From assembly GCA_965204535.1 (NCBI GenBank), contig CBDBEV010000001.1, positions 2,560,001 to 2,624,000 of the forward strand: a stretch of 64,000 nucleotides of DNA, written 5' to 3'. Shown here in pieces: positions 8,976 to 17,181 of the stretch. Within the stretch, counting starts at the first letter, position 1. Each line of letters starts with the position of its first letter. Under the pieces are notes generated by a model, which searched no databases, was not told the origin of the DNA, and worked only from the letters and a program-made list of their open reading frames with translations. Source of the stretch: a bacterium. Its GTDB lineage: Bacteria; UBA8248. A program made the translations under genes and the position numbers.

Positions 8976-10493
8976 AGGGCCTGTTGAAAAACCCCTGGTT
9001 TTGTGATCGTATGGATGTATTCCCCCTCGCCCGAGATGGGAGTTCCGGAGATGTTGGACCGCAAGAGGCGCGAGCAGATGGACTTGTTCGTGGCCGGCCC
9101 GCTGGAGAAGTTGATTCCCGAAGATCACATATTGCGCCAGGTGGACCGCGTACTGGATTTGAGTTGGCTTCGCGAGGAAGTGGCGGAGTGCTATTGCGCG
9201 GACAACGGTCGACCGGGGATCGACCCGGAAGTGGTGATCCGGTTGATGCTGGCGGGCCTGCTGCTGGGCTACGCGGAGGATCGCCGCCTGCTGCGCGAGG
9301 CGCAGGCGCATCTGGCGGTCCGGTGGTTCATCGGGTACAGGCTGGACGAGGATTTGCCGGATCATTCGAGCCTGACGCGTATCCGTCAACGCTGGGGGGA
9401 GGAGCGGTTCAAGGAGATATTTCGGCGCACGGTTCAGTCTTGCGTGGAGGCGAAGGTGGCGAAGGGAGAGGTGGTTCACATGGACGCGTCTTTGATACGC
9501 GCGGACGTGAGCTGGGAGAGTCTGGCGGAGCGCCACGCGGAGAAGGTGGTGCGGGAGAACGACTCGGAGGATGAGACGGGGAAGAAGGGCGGCGGCGGGG
9601 GTTCGGGTCCGGTGAGCCGAACGGACCCCGACGCGCGCCTGGCGCGCAAGAGCGCTCGGGCGGGGTTCGAGCCGAGCTATAAGCACCACGCGGTGGTGGA
9701 CGACGAGCGTGGGGTGGTTCTCGACGTAGAGGTGACGGAGGGGACGTTGAACGAGCGGGAGATGATGGAGCCGCAGTTGGATGCGGTTTGCGAGCTCACG
9801 GGTCGCGCGCCCGCGGTGGTGACGGCGGATAGTGGCTATGCGTATTCGAAGGTGTACGGCGCATTGGAGCGTCGGGGGGTCGCCGCGCTGATACCGGCGA
9901 AGAAGGAACCCACCCAGAGCCGGGTGCCGCTGCAACTGTTCCGCTACGACGAGCGGAATGAGGTGGTGAAGTGTCCGGGTGGCAAGACGCTGCGCCCCCG
10001 GAAGGAGACGGAGCGGGGGCGCTGGTATGTATCGAGGACCCGCGATTGCGCGGGGTGCGCGCTCAAGGCCGATTGTCTGTCGGCGTCTCGCACGAGCAGG
10101 GCGGTTCTGATTCCGCACGAGTATCCGGCGCTGTTGCGCGCGCGCCGTCGCCACGCGCGCCGTGGGGAGGAGGAGGGCCGGCTGTGGCGGCGCCACATGG
10201 GTCGCTCGGAGGGCTATCACGGCGAGGCGAAGAGTCGGCACGGACTGGCGCGGGCGGTACGCCGGGGTCTTGCGAACGTGAAGATCCAGGCCTACCTGAC
10301 GGCGACTGCGGTGAACCTCAAGCGGCTCGCCGCCGCTGTGGCCGCGGGTTTATTCGCTCTGTGGCGGGCCTGGGCCGCCCGGAAACGCCGAATGAGCGCA
10401 TATCGCGGCCTCACGCGCCGATTGGGCTTCCTCTCCCAGGCCGCGTGAGCCGCCATACATCCCGCTTCAAAACGGGGTTTTTCAACAGCCCCC
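8976..10493 (+). mobile_element. IS1182-family insertion sequence, apparently intact; 20-bp TIRs (18/20), 4-bp TCAA target duplication
   Basis: Left end AGGGCCTGTTGAAAAACCCC, right end GGGGTTTTTCAACAGCCCCC; TCAA at 8972-8975 and 10494-10497; removing it restores the family A palindrome GACTCCCCC-TCAA-GGGGGGAGTG. Confidence 0.9.
9051..10448 (+). CDS. IS1182-family DDE transposase
   Basis: IPEDHILR, GRPGIDP, PDHSSLTR, MDAS, RTDPDA, ADSGY and CxxCxxxxxC motifs; ORF could start as early as 9003. Confidence 0.92.
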   Translation: MLDRKRREQMDLFVAGPLEKLIPEDHILRQVDRVLDLSWLREEVAECYCADNGRPGIDPEVVIRLMLAGLLLGYAEDRRLLREAQAHLAVRWFIGYRLDEDLPDHSSLTRIRQRWGEERFKEIFRRTVQSCVEAKVAKGEVVHMDASLIRADVSWESLAERHAEKVVRENDSEDETGKKGGGGGSGPVSRTDPDARLARKSARAGFEPSYKHHAVVDDERGVVLDVEVTEGTLNEREMMEPQLDAVCELTGRAPAVVTADSGYAYSKVYGALERRGVAALIPAKKEPTQSRVPLQLFRYDERNEVVKCPGGKTLRPRKETERGRWYVSRTRDCAGCALKADCLSASRTSRAVLIPHEYPALLRARRRHARRGEEEGRLWRRHMGRSEGYHGEAKSRHGLARAVRRGLANVKIQAYLTATAVNLKRLAAAVAAGLFALWRAWAARKRRMSAYRGLTRRLGFLSQAA

Positions 10494-10713
10494 TCAAGGG
10501 GGGAGTGATTCTCTTCTTTCTCGTCGGGTTGGCAATGTGTTCGAGGGAGAAATCCGCAGCCGCGCCAGCGGTGGTCGATACCGAGAGAGAAGGGACTTTT
10601 TCAACACCCCCCTTGAGGAGTGAGTTGCATGATCGTTTGGTTCGGCATTCGCCGGAATGACAGACAAAAGCTTGCGGAAACACACGGACATTCCAGGTTG
10701 GAATGCTATTCCT

Positions 10714-11391
10714 TCATAAACGCTCCGCCGCCTCTTTGACGGCCGCTTCCCGCTCGTTCTGGCGCGCGGCGGCGCCCTCCCGCACGGCGGCCACCATCGC
10801 CGGGTCCGCCCGCTCGGGGCTGCCCGCATCATATGGCGGCTTGGGGTCGTACTCCATGCCGAGTTGTATCTTGCGCGCGGCCTCGGCGCCCAACACCTCT
10901 CCCGCCACCGTCAGGGCGAAATCGATGCCGGCCGTCACCCCGCCGCCGGTGATCAGGTTGCCGTCGACGACCACGCGCTCTGCCACCGGTTCGCAGCCGA
11001 AGGCGGCGAGCATCGCGTGCGACATCCAGTGCGAAGTCGCGCGCTTGCCTTTCAAGAGACCTGCCGCGCCCAGCACCAAGGATCCTGTGCACACGGAGGT
11101 GACGTAGCGCGCCCCCGCCGCCTGGCGACGCACGAAGTCGAGCGTCTCCTCATCGTTCAAGAGCGCGTTCATGCCCGCCCCACCCGGCACGCAGATGAGG
11201 TCGAGCTGCGGGCAATCGGCGAACGTGGTGCTCGGCAAAAGCTGCATGCCACCGCCCGCTTTGACCGGTTCCAGCGTCTTCCAGACGAGATGGACGTCCG
11301 AGTCGGGGAACTTGGTGAAGACCTCGTAGGGGCCGGTCATGTCGAGTTGTGTGAGGTTCGGGAATAGGAGAAGGCCGATCTGGAATCGCAT
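10714..11391 (-). CDS. DJ-1/PfpI family protein (isonitrile hydratase-like)
   Basis: QLDMTGP, SVCTG catalytic Cys, GGGVTAGID and EYDPKPPYDAGSP. Confidence 0.9.
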   Translation of the reverse strand: MRFQIGLLLFPNLTQLDMTGPYEVFTKFPDSDVHLVWKTLEPVKAGGGMQLLPSTTFADCPQLDLICVPGGAGMNALLNDEETLDFVRRQAAGARYVTSVCTGSLVLGAAGLLKGKRATSHWMSHAMLAAFGCEPVAERVVVDGNLITGGGVTAGIDFALTVAGEVLGAEAARKIQLGMEYDPKPPYDAGSPERADPAMVAAVREGAAARQNEREAAVKEAAERL

Positions 11392-11502
11392 GGCGTCTCG
11401 ATGCCTCCGCTGTTGGGGTAGGCGATCAGGTTATGGGCCGGCCTGATAGGTGTCAAGGCGGGCGTATGGCGGGTCATGCGGCAATGAAACGTTATGCGGA
11501 AT

Positions 11503-11755
11503 TACTCCCCCCTTGGGAGCTGTTGAAAAAGTCCCGTGGAACGATTTTGGTTGAGCGCACGCTTTTGAATTTCACTCCCCCCTTGAGGGGGAGTCGAAGA
11601 GCTAAGGGCGTAAGCCCGTAAGCGATTCGGTGGGGGGTATATCCGGAATGGCGATAAAACGCATTTCACCCCCCACCGCATCAGCCTTCGCAAAAAACGC
11701 TCGGCTTCTGTCGGGCTTTCCCCTCGGGAAGCCCGACCCCCTCAAGAGGGAAGTG
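11503..11755. repeat. Half family A palindrome, IS1182-type left end (~11516-11535) and family A copy (11573-11755)
   Basis: Direct inspection. Confidence 0.8.
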
Positions 11756-11841
11756 AATCGGGTTACGTCCTGCTCCTCCGTCTCACCCATGCTATACTAC
11801 TCCTATACCGACATCCCCCCTCCCGTTCATGAAGGCCGCCA

Positions 11842-13056
11842 TTGGAATATCTCTCCTTCGCGTGGAAAAACCGCCGCTTTCTGGCATTCGGGCTTCTGCT
11901 CACGTTTTTCTCGTGCTTCGGGCAGTCCTATTTCATCGCCGTGTTCAACACCGACATCCGCGCCGCCTTCTCGCTCTCCCACGGGCAGTTCGGCCTCGCC
12001 TACGCCGTCGCCACCGTCTCGAGCGCGATGTGCCTGATATGGATCGGCAAGATGATCGACAGGACGAGACTGAAACTTTTCGCCCTGTGCGTCTGCTGCG
12101 GCCTCATCGCCTCCTGCGTCCTGATGGCGGCGGCGCCCGTCTTTCCGGCGCTGCTCTTCGCCCTGTTCGCGCTCAGGCTCACGGGCCAGGGATTGATGGT
12201 CCACACCTCGGTGACGAGCATCGGGCGGCATTTCACCGCCGAGCGCGGGCGCGCCGTCAGCATCATCTCGATGGGCGGACCCTCGGGCCAGGCGGTGATG
12301 GCGCTCGCCGCGGTGGGCTTGAGCGCGTGGCTCTACTGGCGGCAGATCTGGCTGGTGATGGCGGCGGTCTGCGCCCTCGTGCTGATTCCCGCCGTCGCCT
12401 GGCTGCTCAGGGGCCATGAAGACGAACATTTGGGGCGCAAGATGCGCGCGCAGGAGGCGTCCGCCCCCGGTTCCCAAGGGGTGTGGGGGAGAAGGGAGGT
12501 GCTCAGGGACCTGCGCTTTTATCTCATCATGCCCGTTTCACTCGCCCCCTCGTTCATCGCCACGGGCTTTTTCTTCCACATGGGGCATCTGGTGGAGGCC
12601 AAGGGGTGGACGCTCGCGTTTTTCACGGGCGCGTATACGCTCTACACGCTTTTCTCCATCTCGTTGACGCTGCTCACCGGCCCCGTCGTGGACCGCGTCG
12701 GCGCGGTCCGGATTCTCCCCTGGCATCTGGCGCCCTTGTGCCTGGGTCTCGTGGCGCTTGCGGTTTCCGACCACTGGTTCGCGGCCATCCTCTACATGGG
12801 CCTGACGGGGATAACGGTCGGCGTGCGCATCACCATCGGCGGGGCCATCTGGGCGGAGATCTACGGGGTGGAGAACCTCGGCGCCATCCGCTCCCTCGCC
12901 ACCTCGTTCATGGTGGTATCGACGGCGCTCTCGCCCGTCGTCTTCGGCTGGCTGATCGACTTCGATGTGAGCGTGGAGAGCCTCGCCCTCATGTGCCTGG
13001 CCTACGGCGTCGGGTCGTCCGTCCTGAGCGGCGCGTCGCTCGGGATGCGGCGTTAG
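11842..13056 (+). CDS. MFS transporter
   Basis: About 12 hydrophobic segments; GKMIDR and GPVVDRVG motif-A-like loops; 404 aa. Confidence 0.9.
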   Translation: MEYLSFAWKNRRFLAFGLLLTFFSCFGQSYFIAVFNTDIRAAFSLSHGQFGLAYAVATVSSAMCLIWIGKMIDRTRLKLFALCVCCGLIASCVLMAAAPVFPALLFALFALRLTGQGLMVHTSVTSIGRHFTAERGRAVSIISMGGPSGQAVMALAAVGLSAWLYWRQIWLVMAAVCALVLIPAVAWLLRGHEDEHLGRKMRAQEASAPGSQGVWGRREVLRDLRFYLIMPVSLAPSFIATGFFFHMGHLVEAKGWTLAFFTGAYTLYTLFSISLTLLTGPVVDRVGAVRILPWHLAPLCLGLVALAVSDHWFAAILYMGLTGITVGVRITIGGAIWAEIYGVENLGAIRSLATSFMVVSTALSPVVFGWLIDFDVSVESLALMCLAYGVGSSVLSGASLGMRR

Positions 13057-13090
13057 TTGGATGGGACGGTCTGCGAATAGCCCCTATTGC

Positions 13091-13360
13091 TTACTCGAAT
13101 AAATCCGAATGCGTACCCGTACGGATGAGAGTGACCGAGTCCTCGTCCTCCTCCCAGATGAGGAGCCAGTCTGGTTCTACATGACATTCTTGGCAGGGTG
13201 ACCATTCACCGGACAAGCGATGAGGTCTGTTTTGTGGATCGAGCGATTCGCCAGCGAGTAACTTATCGACGATGCGATTGAGTTTTTCGACGTTCTTGCC
13301 GCGTCTGCGGGTTCTTCTGAGATCTCTTTTGAACTGCGTAGTCGCGCGGAGTTCACGCAT
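13091..13360 (-). CDS. yafQ: YafQ-family (RelE superfamily) toxin
   Basis: TTQFKRD, HRLSGEW, ECHVEPDWLLIW and RTGTHSDLF. Confidence 0.92.
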   Translation of the reverse strand: MRELRATTQFKRDLRRTRRRGKNVEKLNRIVDKLLAGESLDPQNRPHRLSGEWSPCQECHVEPDWLLIWEEDEDSVTLIRTGTHSDLFE

Positions 13361-13634
13361 CGTCGAGTTCGGCGATCAACTCCTCGACGCCGCCGTATGT
13401 ACTCAATCCTTCCCCGGCGCGCGCCTGCCGAATGGCTTCGCGGGTCTCCTCGTTGGGAATCTGCTGCGGCGGCAGACCGTGATGCGTGGCGAGCAATTCA
13501 TAGAACAAGGGCATTGCCTTATAAAACAAGGTGATCGCTTCGGTCGGCGAGAGACCGAGTGCAGAGAATATTTTTTCGGCTTCTTGCTTTAACTCAGTAT
13601 CCATTGGCGTGCGTATGATTTCCGTGTCGGCCAT
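13353..13634 (-). CDS. RelB/DinJ-family antitoxin
   Basis: LKQEAEKIFSALGLSPTEAITLF and IPNEETREAI; overlaps the toxin start; AGGAGG RBS. Confidence 0.88.
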   Translation of the reverse strand: MADTEIIRTPMDTELKQEAEKIFSALGLSPTEAITLFYKAMPLFYELLATHHGLPPQQIPNEETREAIRQARAGEGLSTYGGVEELIAELDDA

Positions 13635-13700
13635 GGTGCGCCTCCTTTTCTTAAAAATAATCGCAATCCCGGAGCAGGTCAACATGCCTCCAACTCCACA

Positions 13701-13766
13701 ATGTGCCTGGCCTACGGGGTCGGGTCGTCCGTCCTGAGCGGCGCGTCGCTCGGGATGCGGCGGTAA
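13701..13766 (+). repeat. Second copy of the 66-bp 3' end of the MFS gene (first copy 12991-13056)
   Basis: 63/66 identical; all three differences are synonymous, including TAG versus TAA. Confidence 0.95.
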
Positions 13767-13845
13767 GAGGAAAGGATTGTGGTTTGTGAGAGATTTTTAT
13801 CTGTAGGGACAGGTCGCGACCTGTCCCTACGGTATGCTCGTACCC

Positions 13846-14175
13846 TCAACGCCCCCGGCGCTTCGTAGGCGCGAAGCGCCGCCGCCAGCTCGCCGTCTGC
13901 GAGCGCGTGATGCGGTAGAGCATGAAACCGCCCGCCGTCACCGAGACCAGGATGAGCGCGAAGCCTATCGTCATCGTCTTTTGAAACGGCGTGGCGCGCC
14001 TGGTTTTCTCCGCCGCCGCGCCGGCTGCCTTTTCGCCTGCCGCGGGAGGCTTCTCCGGCGGGGCGACGTCGGGCAGCCAGACGAAGGGAATCGCCACCAT
14101 CCCCGCCACGAACAGGATGGGCAGTATCAGGCGCGTGAAGTAGAGTCGAAACACTGTCCGGCAAACCTCCGTCAT
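13846..14175 (-). CDS. Hypothetical small membrane protein (2 TM)
   Basis: Two hydrophobic stretches and host-like GC; start uncertain. Confidence 0.45.
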   Translation of the reverse strand: MTEVCRTVFRLYFTRLILPILFVAGMVAIPFVWLPDVAPPEKPPAAGEKAAGAAAEKTRRATPFQKTMTIGFALILVSVTAGGFMLYRITRSQTASWRRRFAPTKRRGR

Positions 14176-14351
14176 CGCCACGAAGCGCGTGGCCGGCGCC
14201 GGGAGGGAGAGGTGTGGATGGTGCAAAGCCTCATGGAACCTCCCGAACCGGAATATAAAGGGCCGGGCCGCGGGAATCCACCCCTGCGCTGCTCGGCGGC
14301 GGCGCAGGCTCTCGAATGGAAAACCAACCCCCCCCTACCCCCCCCTGACAA

Positions 14352-14631
14352 GGGGCTGTTGAAAAATCCCTGATATCGTGATTTGGCGTATGGAGATGAC
14401 CGAGCAGGGAGGAGACTTCACTCCCCCCCTTGAGGGTCTGGCTTCCCGAGGGGAAAGCCAGACGATGAAGCCGAGCGTTTTGTGCGAAGGCTGAATCGGT
14501 GGGGGGAGGTTTACTCTGTGGCATGTCCCCCCACCGGCGCGACTTCGGGCTTCGCCCTCGTCTTGCCGACTCCCCCTCAAGGGGGGAGTGAAAAGCAGCG
14601 CGCTCCCTCAAGGGACTTTTTCAACAGGTCC
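14352..14631. mobile_element. Non-autonomous IS1182-ended element (MITE) carrying a family A repeat; GACAA target duplication
   Basis: GGGGCTGTTGAAAAATCCC ... GGGACTTTTTCAACAGGTCC; GACAA at 14347-14351 and 14632-14636, in the loop of a family B palindrome. Confidence 0.8.
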
Positions 14632-14828
14632 GACAAGGGAGGCTTTCCCAGCGACCCTCATCCGCCTGGGCACGGCCGCATGGCGCGTTTTTGGTCATTG
14701 GGGCGCGTGCGGTTTTCGTTTCGCCCGAAATGTGGTGATATTCAGTTTCGCCCCTGATGCGCGGCTGCACGCGCTTTTAATGTTTTTCATTTGTCTTTCC
14801 ATGATCATGGCAAGGGAGGCGGCAACGA

Positions 14829-15599
14829 ATGAAACGGCCGAGAATCGGAATCACCTGCGACGTGGGCAAGCGGAATTTCCCCGAAGACCCCAAGGTGCGT
14901 CCCCGACACGTGCTCATGGACGCCTATGTGGAATCCGTGGTCAAGGCGGGCGGCGCGCCCCTGCTGCTCCCCGCGGTGGAGGATGAGCGGGCGAGCATGG
15001 CGTTGCTCCTGGGCATCGACGGCCTCATCATCTCGGGCGGCGGGCACGACATCGACCCCATGCTCTACGGCGAGGAGCGCTTGCCCGAGTGCAGCCCCAC
15101 GAACCCCAAGCGCGAGACGGCGGAGATGGCCGCCTGCCGGGGGGCGATGTCGCGCGACATGCCCGTGCTCGGCATCTGCGGCGGCATGCAGGTCATCAAC
15201 ATCGCGGCGGGCGGCACGCTCTACCAGGACATCCCCTCCCAGGTGCCGGGCGCGCTCACGCACCGGCCCGAGAACACGGACGAGAACACCTACACGTTCC
15301 ACGAGATAGAGATCGGCGATTCCATCCTGGGCGAAGTGCTGGGTGCTTCGTCGGTGGTGAACAGCCACCACCACCAGAGCGCGCGCGAGGTCGGGCCGGG
15401 CGTGCGCGTATCGGCCAAGACCGAAGACGGCGTCATCGAGGCCATCGAGTCTCCCTCGCACCAGTTCGTCGTGGGCGTGCAGTGGCACCCCGAATCCATG
15501 TCGGCCTACGGCTACGCCGACATGGACGGGGCCGCGCAGCTCTTCTCCCGCTTCGTGGACGAGGCCCGCGCCTACGCGGAAGACCCGGTCGCGAAGTAA
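14829..15599 (+). CDS. Gamma-glutamyl-gamma-aminobutyrate hydrolase family (peptidase C26, PuuD-like)
   Basis: LGICGGMQ nucleophile elbow, VNSHHHQ and GVQWHPE. Confidence 0.9.
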   Translation: MKRPRIGITCDVGKRNFPEDPKVRPRHVLMDAYVESVVKAGGAPLLLPAVEDERASMALLLGIDGLIISGGGHDIDPMLYGEERLPECSPTNPKRETAEMAACRGAMSRDMPVLGICGGMQVINIAAGGTLYQDIPSQVPGALTHRPENTDENTYTFHEIEIGDSILGEVLGASSVVNSHHHQSAREVGPGVRVSAKTEDGVIEAIESPSHQFVVGVQWHPESMSAYGYADMDGAAQLFSRFVDEARAYAEDPVAK

Positions 15600-15684
15600 G
15601 CGGCGCGTTTTCTTTTCGAAATTAGCTTTCTCATCCGCCCATCATTTGTCCTGTGCGCGTTGTGAATAACCCAAGGGATAGGTA

Positions 15685-17181
15685 ATGCGAGTTCAGCCGC
15701 TTGAAATCGAGGTGCCCGAAGACGATCCGTTCAAGAATGATCTGCTCGGGCGTCGTGAGACGGTGCAGGTGCTTACCAGCATCGTCGGTTCCATCGAGGG
15801 GCCGTGTGTTTTGTCGGTCGATGCTGCATGGGGGGCGGGGAAAACCACGTTCCTTAAGATGTGGGCGCAACACCTGCGAAACGAGGATTTCCCCGTCGTC
15901 GAGTTCAATGCTTGGGAGACGGACTTCTCCGAGGAGCCTTTCATCGCTCTTTCCACCGAATTGACGGAAGGCCTTAAAGAGTACGCTAATGGATCGATGT
16001 CGGGAAAGATCGACAATATAAAAGGGAAGGCAAAGGAGGTTGCTCGATCACTCATTCCGGGAATCATTAAGGCTGCCGCCGCTGGCATTCCGTTAGTTGG
16101 AGGTGAATTGGGCCTAGCACTCGCTTCCTTGGCTGAAGAAAAGGTGAATGTATACGAGGAAGCACGGGAATCGATCAAATCGTTTCGTTCTACTCTGCAA
16201 GACATGGCTAACACTTTGTCGAAATCAAAGGATGGTCGCCCGCTGGTCGTGGTGATTGATGAGCTGGACAGATGCCGCCCTTCTTACGCCGTCGAGCTTC
16301 TTGAAGTCGCCAAACACATTTTCGCCGTCGATCATGTTGTATTCGTGCTTGGAGTCAACCGCTCCCAGCTCGCGCATTCTGTGAAGGCGCTTTACGGGGA
16401 TGAGTTTGACGCCTTGGGTTATCTGGGCCGTTTCTTCGATTTGGACTTCCGGCTTCCTGAACCCGGCAGGGTAGAGTTTATTAACGCGATGCTCCAGGAG
16501 GCAGGAATTAACGATTGCCTAGAGCGACCGCAAGAACGACATAGATCAATAGAAATGGAAAAAGAAACGGAAGTAGCCCGAAACTTTTTGCAGGCGTTCT
16601 TTGTCACGCCAGACTTAAGCCTTCGCCAGATCGGGCAGGCCATCCACCGACTGGGGCTGGTATTCGCGTCGTTGCGCGAAGAGCAACCGTTGTTCGCCAG
16701 AATGACGATCGTGATGTTTATTCTTCGGGTGCTCGACTTCGAGCTTTATCAACAGTTTGTCGGTGGTGAGGTTTCCGACCTTGAAGTTGCTGATGCAGTG
16801 TTTAATCTGCCAAGAATTAAGGAACTTCGAGGGACAGATTTAGGCGATCAGTTTGAAGCCACGCTCATTGTGGCAATTCATGAAAAGGCCTCACCTGAAA
16901 TTAAGAGTCAGATGGACAATTCAGAAATCTTGCGTGAGTTGGATAACAAGGGCAAACCCAGCCGCCATGATGAAATGCGTAAACTGGCTTATTACATACT
17001 GTTGGAAAATGAAAAGTTGTATGGCACTAACATGATTGCATTCAAAGAATCGATTCAACGGATTGAATTGCTCTCAACCATTCTTCCGGAAGATGTACAA
17101 TCGCATCTTAAATACAAAGCAATTCTGAATCAAACTTTTGGATTGGTGGATGCTCAAGCCTCCCTCAAGGACACTCCCTGA
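15685..17181 (+). CDS. KAP family P-loop NTPase
   Basis: AAWGAGKT Walker A, FNAWETD, VVVIDELDRCRP Walker B and YLGRFFD; lower GC. Confidence 0.9.
   Translation: MRVQPLEIEVPEDDPFKNDLLGRRETVQVLTSIVGSIEGPCVLSVDAAWGAGKTTFLKMWAQHLRNEDFPVVEFNAWETDFSEEPFIALSTELTEGLKEYANGSMSGKIDNIKGKAKEVARSLIPGIIKAAAAGIPLVGGELGLALASLAEEKVNVYEEARESIKSFRSTLQDMANTLSKSKDGRPLVVVIDELDRCRPSYAVELLEVAKHIFAVDHVVFVLGVNRSQLAHSVKALYGDEFDALGYLGRFFDLDFRLPEPGRVEFINAMLQEAGINDCLERPQERHRSIEMEKETEVARNFLQAFFVTPDLSLRQIGQAIHRLGLVFASLREEQPLFARMTIVMFILRVLDFELYQQFVGGEVSDLEVADAVFNLPRIKELRGTDLGDQFEATLIVAIHEKASPEIKSQMDNSEILRELDNKGKPSRHDEMRKLAYYILLENEKLYGTNMIAFKESIQRIELLSTILPEDVQSHLKYKAILNQTFGLVDAQASLKDTP

Noticed and set aside
10593-11535. DJ-1 gene as cargo of an IS-ended element
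   Set aside because: The matching 15-bp ends (10593 and 11521) face outward, so they belong to two neighbouring elements rather than enclosing the gene.
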